A program made the position numbers and the translations under genes. From Fibrobacterota bacterium (GTDB lineage: Bacteria > Fibrobacterota > Fibrobacteria > UBA11236): a stretch of DNA of 64,000 bases. Below are positions 36,394 through 46,271 of the stretch, piece after piece. The notes below the pieces were generated by a model. The model ran no database searches, was not told the DNA's origin, and worked only from the letters and a program-made list of their open reading frames with translations. Position 1 is the first letter of the stretch; each line of letters starts with the position of its first letter. Where the stretch lies: NCBI GenBank assembly GCA_023249635.1, contig JAHFCH010000008.1:2810-66809 (forward strand). The letters run 5' to 3'.

Positions 36394-38682
36394 ATGCTCA
36401 AGCCTCCGTATTCTTTGGCCGTAGCCCTGATCCTGGCGACCACGTTTCCCATTCTGGCCCAAACCAACGACCCACTGTCCAACATGGCACTCTCCCTTGT
36501 CGGCGAATACGATGCCGGTCGGCAATACGGAGATGCTAAGTCCGGGGACGCCAACTACAATTTCAACCTGCAATTCACCGATAAGCTTCTCACCATCCGG
36601 AAGGTTCGCCCTGGCCTCGGCGATTCCGTCATGATCGAATACCGTCCGCCAGGCGACCTGAAAATCCTCACGGCTGCATTCAAAGCGGACAATGCGAACC
36701 TTGTCCTCATGTCCCTATCCGATGGATCGGTTCTCTACCTCTACGCACTTTACCCGAAATCCATTCCCATCTGGTCTAATTCGGGACGCGTCAAAACGAC
36801 TTTGTCGAACCTCGCAGAATTGTTGGGGGATGCCCTCTACGCCCGCCAGTCCGGCAAAGTGTGGGCGAGCATCGATTCGGGCAAAACCTGGAAACTCGAC
36901 ACCGTCGGGATTTTCTCGGAATCCGTCACCGACCTGGCCCTCGACCCCAAGTTCAATATCTGGGCCGTGACCCAAAGCCGGAAGCTCTATTCGCAACACA
37001 AGGATTCCAGCGCGGGCCGATGGCAGGCGCATCCGGCATTTACCAGCGGCGGATTCCCTAGCGCGCTATTCATCGATAGGCTGGGACGCATTTTCGTGGG
37101 CGCCTCCGCGGGCGGGGGACGCGCCCAGGTTTCCACGGATACCGGTGCCACCTGGACCGATATTTCCGTCGGCCTCAATGAAACCATCGGCTCATTCGCC
37201 GACGACGACAAGGGTAACGTGTACGCCGTCGGCCTGGTCTCTGGGGCATACCGCCTCTCCGGATTAACGCCACCCTGGATCCCGATCCAGGCAGGTATCG
37301 CCTCGCAGGCCCAGATTCCCGCGGTTGAGAAAATCATTTCCTCCTTGAGTTTCAAGGATCTTTTGTATGCGACCACGCGCTACGGCGTCTTCTCCAGCAG
37401 CGATTCCGGATCGCATTGGACCCATGTGGAAGACGCGGCCCAGACCCGCGCCACCGCCTTCTATACGCCGCTGATCCGGGCCGGGGGCAAATCGTTCCTT
37501 TCCTCCAACCTCGGCATCTTCCGAGCCAAGCCAGACGGCAAGGCCTGGGATAAGGTTTTCCCCCAGGGCAAATACTGCTGGGGCATCAACGCCCTCGCCG
37601 CGGACGACGCGGGAAATCTTTACGGCAACGTTCCCATTCAAATCGATACCGCAGTTTCGCGCTTCTTCCCCGTCAAATCCACCGACCAAGGGGATCACTG
37701 GGACCTGGATACGGCCGGGCACGGCAACTTCAATTTCAACTCGCAATCCCTTGATCATTTCGTCGATCGGCAAGGCAATCAGTGGCTGGGCGGCGACGCG
37801 GCTTTGTACTGCAAAAAGTCCGGTGACTCCTGGAAGCGCGACACCGCGGGCCTCAGCATCAAGCCTGGCGAGTTCATCCGGCAGGTTTCCCGCAACAACA
37901 AGAAAGGCGTGGTCTATGCCAGCCTGCGCCGGGCACCCAAATACCTGATCTACAAGCGCGCCATTGCCGATGCCGCCTGGCAACCCGTGAACGCGGATAC
38001 CTTATCGGCCAGCGACGGGATACTGCAAAGCGACCAGGACGGGAACCTCGTGGTCAAAGTGCTTTCCTTCCCCGGTAAGTTCTGGAAGTACGATGGAAGC
38101 GCATGGTCGACTGTCGGCGCGCCGCCCGCGAATCCGGATCAATTCATCGTGGATGCGGAGGGCACTCTCTGGGCCACCATGCTCAACAGCAACGGTCAAT
38201 CCATGGGCCTGCACCGCACCACGGACAACGGCGCCACCTGGAAGCTCGCGGGCTTGGATAGCATTCCCATCAAATTCTTATCTACGGAAAAGGATTCCGT
38301 TTACGCGGTAACCGTCGGCTCCGGGGTTTACGCGTTCACGAAAGAGTCGGTGCCGGTCGCGTTACGGCTCCAGGGCGCGATCGCGCCGCGACTGGCCTTG
38401 CTGCAAAACCACCCGAATCCCTTCAAACCCATGACGCGGATCCGCTTCGAACTGCCGGCTGCGGGCGTGGTGCGGTTGGAGATCCTGGATCTGCGGGGCC
38501 AAGTGGTCGCCCTGCTGGATCAGGGCCCACGCACCCAAGGCGCGCACCAGGTAGCGTGGGACGCGCACGGGAGGGCGGGGGGCATGTACGTGTGCCGGCT
38601 CACGTATCGGGCCGGGGCGGGCGCTTCCAGCGGAAGGCCGGGAACGCTTACTGCGACGCGCAAGCTGCTCTTGTTGGACTAA
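36394..38682 (+). CDS. BNR/Asp-box repeat beta-propeller protein with T9SS C-terminal sorting domain
   Basis: Four Asp-box motifs (SIDSGKTWK, STDTGATWT, SSDSGSHWT, TTDNGATWK). Signal peptide. C-terminal CTD (LLQNHPNPFKPMTRIRFELPAAGVVRLEILDLRGQVVALL...YVCRLTYRAG). Confidence 0.65.
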   Translation: MLKPPYSLAVALILATTFPILAQTNDPLSNMALSLVGEYDAGRQYGDAKSGDANYNFNLQFTDKLLTIRKVRPGLGDSVMIEYRPPGDLKILTAAFKADNANLVLMSLSDGSVLYLYALYPKSIPIWSNSGRVKTTLSNLAELLGDALYARQSGKVWASIDSGKTWKLDTVGIFSESVTDLALDPKFNIWAVTQSRKLYSQHKDSSAGRWQAHPAFTSGGFPSALFIDRLGRIFVGASAGGGRAQVSTDTGATWTDISVGLNETIGSFADDDKGNVYAVGLVSGAYRLSGLTPPWIPIQAGIASQAQIPAVEKIISSLSFKDLLYATTRYGVFSSSDSGSHWTHVEDAAQTRATAFYTPLIRAGGKSFLSSNLGIFRAKPDGKAWDKVFPQGKYCWGINALAADDAGNLYGNVPIQIDTAVSRFFPVKSTDQGDHWDLDTAGHGNFNFNSQSLDHFVDRQGNQWLGGDAALYCKKSGDSWKRDTAGLSIKPGEFIRQVSRNNKKGVVYASLRRAPKYLIYKRAIADAAWQPVNADTLSASDGILQSDQDGNLVVKVLSFPGKFWKYDGSAWSTVGAPPANPDQFIVDAEGTLWATMLNSNGQSMGLHRTTDNGATWKLAGLDSIPIKFLSTEKDSVYAVTVGSGVYAFTKESVPVALRLQGAIAPRLALLQNHPNPFKPMTRIRFELPAAGVVRLEILDLRGQVVALLDQGPRTQGAHQVAWDAHGRAGGMYVCRLTYRAGAGASSGRPGTLTATRKLLLLD

Positions 38683-38714
38683 TCGGAACGCTGTGCTTTC
38701 CCGGGTCCGGTCGG

Positions 38715-40646
38715 TTATTCCGCCGGACCGGCCTTTTCCCGCGCCCGTTCCAGCAAGGCCGAAGCCGCCGCCGCATACGCGTTCGAGAGCCCGTCGGCAT
38801 CCGCCAGTTCGCTCTCGCCCACCACCTCGAAATAATAACGGAACTTCGGCTCGGTGCCCGAGGGCCGTAGCAGGATCCAGCTTCTGTCGGCGAAGACCAC
38901 CTTCAGGCCGTCGGCGGTATTGATGCGCAGGATTTTCTTTTCCGCGCCGCCCACCTGCAGGGAATCGCCGGTCTTGACCAATCCGCCGACCAGCACATGC
39001 ATCACCGCGTCCTTGTAGCGCTGCCAGGCCTCGACGGAAACGCCCTTCACGTCGGCGCCGCCCTTGCCGGGGTAGAACCAGCCGTATTGCTTTCGCAGAT
39101 CCCGATAAAGCGCGGAAAGGTTCTGGCCCGAGGAGGCCATGGCATCCAGGGCGCACAGGAAACCCGCCAGGGCGCATTTCTCCAGGGTGTGGCCCATGAA
39201 CGAGATGCCATCGCTCTCTTCGTACGCCATCATGGCCTGGCCCGAGGAAAGCGGGCCGCGGAAATTCTTGAAGCCAACGGCCGTCTCGTAGATGTTACGT
39301 CCTTGCCGGCCCGCGATCTCGGTAGCGAAACCGGAAGAAGGCACCGTGGTGGCCAACCCGTCCTTGAGCCCGCGGCGCAGTAGGGCCGCATAGCCGATGG
39401 CGCCGAAGCGGTTCATGTCGATATCCAGCTCCGCGTCGGCGAAGCGGATACGATCGGCGTCCGGATCCAGGGCCACCGCCAGGGTCAGCTTGCGCCCGGC
39501 TTTTTTGAGCTCGACCATGAGGATGGCCTGGTTCTTGGCATTCGGCTCGGGCTTGACCCCGTGGAAGGAGTAATCGTCCTCGGTGTTGTAGAAGCGGATG
39601 GAATCGGACTTCTCGAGCGCGGCCATGGTCGCGGCCCCGAGCAGATCCTGGATATACCCGCGGGAGGAGCCATGCATATTGTCGACGGCGATGAAAAGCT
39701 CGGGAGCGAGGTCGCACAGCCAGCGCCGCAGGGCGTTGAGGTCGAAGACTTTGGATTTTTTTTCCACGAAGGCCGTGAACATGGGGGCCGCGTCGATGCG
39801 GGTGCGCAGGGGGCGGAAATCGGCCAAGGAGCGGGCGAAAGGGACGCCTGGGACCATGAGCGCGTTGGCATGCTCTTCGATTAGGGAAGTGAGCTCGACA
39901 TCGGCCGGTCCGCCGTCGGCGGGATTGAACTTGATGCCGGCGTATTCCATGGGATTATGCGAGGGGGTGAAGTTGATCGACCCCGCGGCCTTGAGTTCGG
40001 TGAGGATGGCCGAACCCACGCCGGTGGGGCATTCCCCCGCGTCGTGGATCTTGACGCCTTCGGCGGCAAGTTCGCGCATGGCGCAAGCCATGAACTCGTC
40101 GCCCATGAAGCGGTTGTCCCGGAAAACCAGCACGCCCGCCGCTTGCACCCGCGCGAATCCCTCGTACCCGTTGGTTTGGAGGAAGACCGGAGTCTTCATC
40201 ATCTGGATGATGCCGCGCACCACCTTGTGCACGTTCTCGATGGTGAAGCCTTCGCCGATGGCTTCGCGCCAGCCCGAGGTCCCGAAAACCACCGTGGTGG
40301 TGGCGGAGGATTCCCGCGCCAGGCGGCCTTGCAGCTCGCGGATTCGGGTGATGAAGCCGAAGCAGGCGGAGCGGGTGTCCGCTGGCAGGGGCTGGGCGTT
40401 GCAGCACGCGCCGATGATGTTGGCGGCTTCCCAAAGGTTGGGGCCGCGTTCGGAGGCGAGATCGAAGTTGGCCTTGATCTTCGTGGCCCAAACCCCCGGT
40501 AAAGATGCCAGGGTGCTCGCCATATCCTCGCCCAACGCGCGCGCGAAGTCGCGCTTCGCCTTCATTAGGGCTTCCTGGGCTTTATTGCTTAGCGCCTTGC
40601 CACCGAGGGCCTGGTTCCCGAAATCACCGTCCTTGCCGACCATCAA
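38715..40646 (-). CDS. pgm: phosphoglucomutase/phosphomannomutase family protein
   Basis: Alpha-D-phosphohexomutase blocks (TSGWREAIGEGFT, GIKFNPADGGPA, FIAVDNMHGSSRG). The start may be a downstream Met, since the N-terminal 30-40 aa look atypical. Confidence 0.75.
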   Translation of the reverse strand: MMVGKDGDFGNQALGGKALSNKAQEALMKAKRDFARALGEDMASTLASLPGVWATKIKANFDLASERGPNLWEAANIIGACCNAQPLPADTRSACFGFITRIRELQGRLARESSATTTVVFGTSGWREAIGEGFTIENVHKVVRGIIQMMKTPVFLQTNGYEGFARVQAAGVLVFRDNRFMGDEFMACAMRELAAEGVKIHDAGECPTGVGSAILTELKAAGSINFTPSHNPMEYAGIKFNPADGGPADVELTSLIEEHANALMVPGVPFARSLADFRPLRTRIDAAPMFTAFVEKKSKVFDLNALRRWLCDLAPELFIAVDNMHGSSRGYIQDLLGAATMAALEKSDSIRFYNTEDDYSFHGVKPEPNAKNQAILMVELKKAGRKLTLAVALDPDADRIRFADAELDIDMNRFGAIGYAALLRRGLKDGLATTVPSSGFATEIAGRQGRNIYETAVGFKNFRGPLSSGQAMMAYEESDGISFMGHTLEKCALAGFLCALDAMASSGQNLSALYRDLRKQYGWFYPGKGGADVKGVSVEAWQRYKDAVMHVLVGGLVKTGDSLQVGGAEKKILRINTADGLKVVFADRSWILLRPSGTEPKFRYYFEVVGESELADADGLSNAYAAAASALLERAREKAGPAE

Positions 40647-40699
40647 TCGCCTCCACGTCGTACTTTCAATGCGACCCGATCAAAATTAACTTATCGTCC

Positions 40700-42001
40700 A
40701 TGGAACCGAGGGTAGTCATCATCGGCGGGGGTTTCGGAGGCCTCCGGGCCGCCCAGGCCCTGGGCCGCTCGGGGCAGGCCCAGGTTACCCTGATTGACAA
40801 GCGCAACCACCACCTCTTCCAGCCCCTGTTATACCAAGTGGCCACGGCATCGCTCAATCCCTCCGATATCGCCGTGCCCATCCGCCAGGTCCTCGCGCAT
40901 TACCGCAAGGTCTCGGTGCGCATGGAAGCGGCCGTCTCCATCGATCTCGCGGGGAAGGTGGTGGTCACCGATGCCGGCCGCCACCCCTACGAATACCTGA
41001 TCCTGGCCGCGGGCGCGTCGCATTCCTATTTCGGCCATCCGGAATGGGAGGAATTGGCCCCGGGGCTCAAGACCGTCGAGCAGGCGTTGGAGATCCGGCG
41101 TCGGGCGCTGACGGCTTTCGAGCAGGCGGAAAAGGAATCCGATCCGCACATCCAGGCGCGGCTGTTGACTTTCGTCGTCATCGGCGGCGGGCCCACGGGC
41201 GTGGAGATGGCGGGCGCCCTCGCCGAGCTGGCGCATGCCATCGCGGCCAGCGATTTCCGCAACATCAATCCCGCCATGCCGCGCGTAATCTTATTGCAAG
41301 GCGGCGATCGCGTGCTTCCCCAATTCGCCCCCGACCTTTCCGCCAAGGCCAAGGCCGCCTTGGAGCGGAAGGGCGTGGAGGTGCGCCTGGACAAGCTCGC
41401 CAAGGATATCACGCCCGAAGGCGTTCGCCTCGATGATGCCTTCATTCCCGCGGCCAACGTGATTTGGGCCGCCGGCGTCAAGCCCGCCGCCATCAACAAG
41501 GGCCTGGGGGTTCCACTCGATCGCGAGGGGCGCGTCATCGTGGGCCCGGACATGAGCCTGCCGGGCCATCCCGATGCCTTCGTGATCGGGGATCAGGCGC
41601 ATTTCGATACGCCGACGGGGCCCTTGCCCGGTCTGGCGCCCGTGGCCATGCAGCAAGGCGTGCACGTGGCTGCGAATATCCTGCGCGAGATCGACGGGAA
41701 AGCGCGCAAGCATTTCAAGTACCTGGACAAAGGGACCATGGCGGTAATCGGCCGTTCCTTCGCGGTTACCGATTTCCACGGCATCCGCATCGGCGGCTAC
41801 TTCGCGTGGCTGATGTGGCTGTTCGTGCACATCATGTATCTGGTGGGCCACCGCAACCGCATTATCGTATTGATTAATTGGGCCTGGTCGTACCTGACCT
41901 TCAAGCGCGGAGCGCGCCTGATCACGAGCAAAGGTTGGAAGGAAAACGAGCCGGTCCCGGCCCCCAAACCCGCCACCGCGCCGGTGACGGCTTCCGCCTG
42001 A
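40700..42001 (+). CDS. ndh: type II NADH dehydrogenase (NDH-2), FAD-dependent pyridine nucleotide-disulfide oxidoreductase
   Basis: MEPRVVIIGGGFGGLRAAQAL...HHLFQPLLYQVAT. A second dinucleotide fold is FVVIGGGPTGVEMAGAL. Start is the internal ATG at 40700. Confidence 0.8.
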   Translation: MEPRVVIIGGGFGGLRAAQALGRSGQAQVTLIDKRNHHLFQPLLYQVATASLNPSDIAVPIRQVLAHYRKVSVRMEAAVSIDLAGKVVVTDAGRHPYEYLILAAGASHSYFGHPEWEELAPGLKTVEQALEIRRRALTAFEQAEKESDPHIQARLLTFVVIGGGPTGVEMAGALAELAHAIAASDFRNINPAMPRVILLQGGDRVLPQFAPDLSAKAKAALERKGVEVRLDKLAKDITPEGVRLDDAFIPAANVIWAAGVKPAAINKGLGVPLDREGRVIVGPDMSLPGHPDAFVIGDQAHFDTPTGPLPGLAPVAMQQGVHVAANILREIDGKARKHFKYLDKGTMAVIGRSFAVTDFHGIRIGGYFAWLMWLFVHIMYLVGHRNRIIVLINWAWSYLTFKRGARLITSKGWKENEPVPAPKPATAPVTASA

Positions 42002-42019
42002 ATAGCCTGCGGATCGGCT

Positions 42020-42478
42020 TCAGATATCCTTGGCGAGAATGCCCAATTCTTTGCCGCCATATTGCACGGTCTGGAGTACGGACCATCCCAGTTTCTCGAA
42101 GATGCCCTGGGTAATGGGGTTGAAAACGTAAAGCTTCGAGTAGCCCTGTTGCTTCGCGATTTTCTCGATCTCGGAAACCAGCGCACCGGCCACGCCCTGG
42201 CCGCGGTATTCCGGATGCACATATACGGATGAGAGCCAGGGCGCCAGTTCCTGGAGGATTTCCATATCCGAGGCTTTGATGGAGGCCGTGCCCAGCACGC
42301 CGCGCTCATCGTGGGCGATGAGGGTGATGGGCATTTCGTTCTCGTTCATCCGGCCGAACAGGCCTTTCTGGATATCCTGAAGCGTGCGCAGCGGGAACGC
42401 GTACGACCACTCCTCGTAAATCCACTTCGCGATGATCGGGATCCAGTTTTGGAAGTATTTGACGTGGCTCACCTGCAT
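42020..42478 (-). CDS. GNAT-family N-acetyltransferase
   Basis: VHPEYRGQGVAGALVSEIEKIAKQQGYSKLYV is the acetyl-CoA binding motif A. Confidence 0.8.
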   Translation of the reverse strand: MQVSHVKYFQNWIPIIAKWIYEEWSYAFPLRTLQDIQKGLFGRMNENEMPITLIAHDERGVLGTASIKASDMEILQELAPWLSSVYVHPEYRGQGVAGALVSEIEKIAKQQGYSKLYVFNPITQGIFEKLGWSVLQTVQYGGKELGILAKDI

Positions 42479-42538
42479 GCGCCGACCCCCGCGGGCCGCG
42501 GAAGGAATGGATCCGGGCCCAGGATCACAAGATACATC

Positions 42539-44242
42539 CTAAGGCGCCCTTCGGGTTCGGGACGGGACCGCCCGCGGGGCCTGCCTGCCATCGGATTGGA
42601 ATACCCTGCCTCCGCGGCGGAACGAGCCTCCCATCGCGCCCGATCGCGCCGGCTTGGCGATCTTTGGGACCCGGATGGCGATACCGGATCCCAGGTTCGC
42701 GCGGATGGCGCGCACGAATTCATCCGGCGCCACCACGCGCACGTCCGGTCCCAACAGGGCCGCGCATGCCTCCACATCGGCCAGGGTCCGGCTCCAGGCA
42801 TGCACGGGAATGAGGCTGTAGCCCTCCGCTGAGCGCGGATCCTTGGGCCGCGCATTAAGCCTGACCGCGAGGGAGGCCGGGGTCTCCATGCCTTCCCAAA
42901 GGTTGGCGAAACCGCCGATCACGGGTTTGCCGTCCAGGAAGCGGATGCTCCCCCGCAAGCCGGAGTAGTCGGAATAGGGATAGAACAGAATGGCGTCGAT
43001 GCCGGGAAGTTTCAGGAACGGATGCAGGTATTTATCCGCGGGATCGTTTCCGAGCACGTTCAGGATGCGCATGTCGGCCTTGGCCATGCAACGGGCGGTA
43101 AGGACCGCGGCCGAGTCCAAGGCCGCGAAGGCTTCCGGGAAGATGTACCCGGCGCCGGAGGGCCCCGCCACGAAATGATCCCGGGCCCCCGGGGTAACCG
43201 AGGCGGTACGGTAGAGGCGCGCCAAGGCGGTGGGAGCCAGCTCGGCCAGCGAGGGCGCCATGGTCCAACCCATGGCAAGCTTGCCGCGCGACGGGTTGCC
43301 GTACCATTTGCCCCCGGGTGCGGCGAATCCACCCAGGGCCCATTGCAGGTTGTCGCCGTCGCTCATGAGGAAGCACACGGTATGCTTGCCCGCGCCTACG
43401 GAATCGGCCGCGGGCATGGGGACCTGGACCGTGGCCGCGGCGAAGCGCGACAGGGTGGAAAGATTGAGAACCCAATCCGCCGCATGCACCTGCACGGAGG
43501 CTTTCGAGGCGGAGGCCACCAGGTTGAACTCGTCGTCGCCCCAGCCCAGCAAAACCGCCTGGCCCCGCATGCGGCCCAAAGCGGCGGCCAGCAAGGGCGA
43601 TCCCAAAGACGCGGAAAAATGCAACGCTCCGGCGAACACGGAGTAATCCCCCAGGAACAAATCCTTGCCCGTATCCTGGTACACCACGATATGGTGATTG
43701 AAGGCCTCAGGGTAGGCGGCGAGGGCCCAGGCTTCATCGTGGCCGCGCGCGTCGGCCAGGCGCGGCAAGCCCAATCCGTCGAGGAGCGCGGCGTCCGTCG
43801 TCGTCGCCGCGATCACGCCACCCGCCGGGGTCCGCATGGTACCGCACAGGGAGATGGCAGCGTTGGCCGAGGGCGTATGTAAATCGCACAGCACGTAGCC
43901 CCGCAGCGAGGTTCGATAGTGGCGCAACAGTCCGGGAAAATCCCGTTGGAAATCCTTCGCTATCACGGGACCGCCGGGACGGCTGAATTCCTCCTGCCAA
44001 AGCGCGTAGCCTCCTGTCCGCGTCCGGTAGATCGCCGAGCTTCCGGAGAGGGATCCTTGCAGGGATTCCACGATCAAGCGCTGGGCTTCCGGAAAGCCGT
44101 CATCGGCGACCAGGAATACGGTATCGGGGATGGGGGCCGTAGGGTATGGGCTGCCGGGTACCCTGGGGGCGTCGGCGCCGCGGAGCGGGAGGGCGGCCAG
44201 CAGGCCGGCCAGCAATGGCGCGGAAAAAGCGGTTGTCCCCAA
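42539..44242 (-). CDS. secreted GxGYxYP-family protein (putative glycoside hydrolase)
   Basis: Signal peptide. An internal GPSGAGYIFPEAF matches the GxGYxYP motif. Otherwise not assignable. Confidence 0.45.
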   Translation of the reverse strand: MGTTAFSAPLLAGLLAALPLRGADAPRVPGSPYPTAPIPDTVFLVADDGFPEAQRLIVESLQGSLSGSSAIYRTRTGGYALWQEEFSRPGGPVIAKDFQRDFPGLLRHYRTSLRGYVLCDLHTPSANAAISLCGTMRTPAGGVIAATTTDAALLDGLGLPRLADARGHDEAWALAAYPEAFNHHIVVYQDTGKDLFLGDYSVFAGALHFSASLGSPLLAAALGRMRGQAVLLGWGDDEFNLVASASKASVQVHAADWVLNLSTLSRFAAATVQVPMPAADSVGAGKHTVCFLMSDGDNLQWALGGFAAPGGKWYGNPSRGKLAMGWTMAPSLAELAPTALARLYRTASVTPGARDHFVAGPSGAGYIFPEAFAALDSAAVLTARCMAKADMRILNVLGNDPADKYLHPFLKLPGIDAILFYPYSDYSGLRGSIRFLDGKPVIGGFANLWEGMETPASLAVRLNARPKDPRSAEGYSLIPVHAWSRTLADVEACAALLGPDVRVVAPDEFVRAIRANLGSGIAIRVPKIAKPARSGAMGGSFRRGGRVFQSDGRQAPRAVPSRTRRAP

Positions 44243-44390
44243 ATTCCCCCAAGGACTGCGGAACCCTTCCTAATACTAGGGCCGCATACGCGTGTGCGCC
44301 GGGGAAAATGCGCCTGAACCTGGGATAACGGAAGAACCATGTCCCGCCGGGTAATGGCGCGGTCGGCCTATTTTTGGGTGCGGGGGTGAA

Positions 44391-45659
44391 ATGGGGGTTC
44401 CAATGCATAACCGTATCATTGCCGTTACCGCTGCCGCGTTGCTCGCCGCCGCGGGAGCTTTCGCCTTGCCCGTCGACTTCGAGCGCAAGGATTGGGTCAC
44501 CGGCTTTACCTCACCCTTGGCCATGCACTTCGCGCCGGACGGCCGACTGTTCGTGATGGAGCAGACCGGCAAGGTGCGCATCGTCAAGAACGGCGCCCTG
44601 CTGCCCACCCCGTTCACCACCTTTACCTTATGGGGCCATCGCGAGAACATGCTCGGGGTCGCCTTCGATCCCAAATTCGCCGACAACGGCTACGTCTATT
44701 TCTATTACGCCAGCCCCAAGATGAAGAACCGCATCGTGCGCATGACCGCAGCCAAGGATAATCCCGATGTCGCCGTGCCCGGAAGCGAAGCCATCCTGCT
44801 CGACGATATCGGCGACGGCGGATACGTGGGCGGCGCCTTCTTCTTCGGCAAGGACGGCATGCTCTACGCGGGCTCGGCGCATCCCGGCTCCCAGGTCGGA
44901 GACAACCTTTCCGGCAAGGCGCTGCGCCTCGATCCCTCCAAGTACCCGGCCAGCGTGGTTCCGGCCGATAATCCGTTCGTGAACAAGGCCGGCTACCGGC
45001 CCGAGATCTTCGCCATGGGATTCCGGGAGCCCTTCACGGGCGCCGCCGATCCCGTCACCGGCGACATGGTCTTCTTCGACGTGGGCGAAGGCGGCGCGGA
45101 AGAGATCGATCTGCTCAAGCCGGGACTCAACTACGGTTATGAAGGCGGCTGCGAGGGGACTTGCACCAAGGTCGGCATGGAGAATCCGCTCTTCGGGTAC
45201 GCGCACAGCGTGGGCAATTGCATCACGGGCGGCACCTTCTACCGCGGCAATGCCTTCCCGGCCGAGTATCAGGGGAATATTCTCTGGGCCGATTACGGCG
45301 GCTCCTGGATCAAGCGTCGGGATAAGGACGGAAAGATTACCGATTTCGACAATACCTCGGGCCGCATCATCGGAGTCGAAGTCGGGCCGGACGGCAGTCT
45401 GTACCTGCTGAAAATAAATGGCGAGAACCCGCCCTGGACCGGATCGGTATCGCAAGTGCGGTATACCAAGGCCGTATCCAATATGTCGCCTTCGGGGCCG
45501 CGCGTCGCGGCGGAGCCCGGTCGCGGCATGTTGGTAGGCACCGGATCCCTTTCGGGCGTGCGTTACACGCGGGGTAGCAAAGGTGTTACGGGGGCCAGCC
45601 TGGAAGTCTTTGACGCCAAGGGCGCCCACATGCGCGCCGTGGCCCTACCGCTCCGCTGA
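44391..45659 (+). CDS. soluble PQQ-dependent sugar dehydrogenase-like protein
   Basis: FAPDGRLFVMEQTGKVRIV...NMLGVAFDPKFADNGYVYFYY...IVRMT...YVGGAFFFGKDGMLY matches SGDH-family blocks. Signal peptide present. Confidence 0.6.
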   Translation: MGVPMHNRIIAVTAAALLAAAGAFALPVDFERKDWVTGFTSPLAMHFAPDGRLFVMEQTGKVRIVKNGALLPTPFTTFTLWGHRENMLGVAFDPKFADNGYVYFYYASPKMKNRIVRMTAAKDNPDVAVPGSEAILLDDIGDGGYVGGAFFFGKDGMLYAGSAHPGSQVGDNLSGKALRLDPSKYPASVVPADNPFVNKAGYRPEIFAMGFREPFTGAADPVTGDMVFFDVGEGGAEEIDLLKPGLNYGYEGGCEGTCTKVGMENPLFGYAHSVGNCITGGTFYRGNAFPAEYQGNILWADYGGSWIKRRDKDGKITDFDNTSGRIIGVEVGPDGSLYLLKINGENPPWTGSVSQVRYTKAVSNMSPSGPRVAAEPGRGMLVGTGSLSGVRYTRGSKGVTGASLEVFDAKGAHMRAVALPLR

Positions 45660-45695
45660 TCAAACAGGGCCGGGAGGGCTAAGGCCCGGGCCTAC

Positions 45696-46271
45696 CTAGT
45701 CGCAAAGCCCATGCAGGAAACGTTCCTGCGATTCCCAATAGAATTTCCGGAACGCCGCTTCGTCCATCGCCCATTTGCCGGAAAAGAATAGCGCCATCAG
45801 CCCCAGGTTATGGGCCCAGATGCTCAAGGCCAGGGAGCGGGGGTTGGCCTTGCGCAGGTAGCCGCTATCGACGCATTCCTGCACGCGGTCGACCAGGAAT
45901 TGGAAATTCGCCAGGCCTTTCTGCTGCGACTCTTCGGGCGCATCGGCCCCTTGCCCATGGGGCTCGAGGAAGATCACCTCGTAATACTTTTCCTGTCCCA
46001 AGGCGAAATCCAGGTAAGCCTGATTGCACATGCGGAAGCGTTCTTCCGCGGTCTGCCCGGAGAGCGCGCTGAACAGGTAGCCGGCGAAAATCTTCACCGC
46101 CTCGGCGACGATGGTATCGACCAATTCCTGCTTGTTCCGGTAATGGCGGTAGATGGCGGTCGCGGAGATATCCAGCTTGGCCGCGATCTGCCGCATCGAC
46201 AATCCGTGGATGCCTTTTTCCAAGTACAGATCCAATGCGCAGGAGAGGATCCTGCCCTGGAGTTGGGACAT
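45696..46271 (-). CDS. TetR-family transcriptional regulator
   Basis: ILSCALDLYLEKGIHGLSMRQIAAKLDISATAIYRHYRNKQEL is a TetR HTH. Divergent from the aryl-polyene cluster. Confidence 0.8.
   Translation of the reverse strand: MSQLQGRILSCALDLYLEKGIHGLSMRQIAAKLDISATAIYRHYRNKQELVDTIVAEAVKIFAGYLFSALSGQTAEERFRMCNQAYLDFALGQEKYYEVIFLEPHGQGADAPEESQQKGLANFQFLVDRVQECVDSGYLRKANPRSLALSIWAHNLGLMALFFSGKWAMDEAAFRKFYWESQERFLHGLCD

Noticed and set aside
38362-39177. 271-aa minus-strand ORF overlapping the BNR gene end and the pgm 3' region
   Set aside because: Arg/Gly-rich with no homology. The flanking genes are well supported on their own strands.
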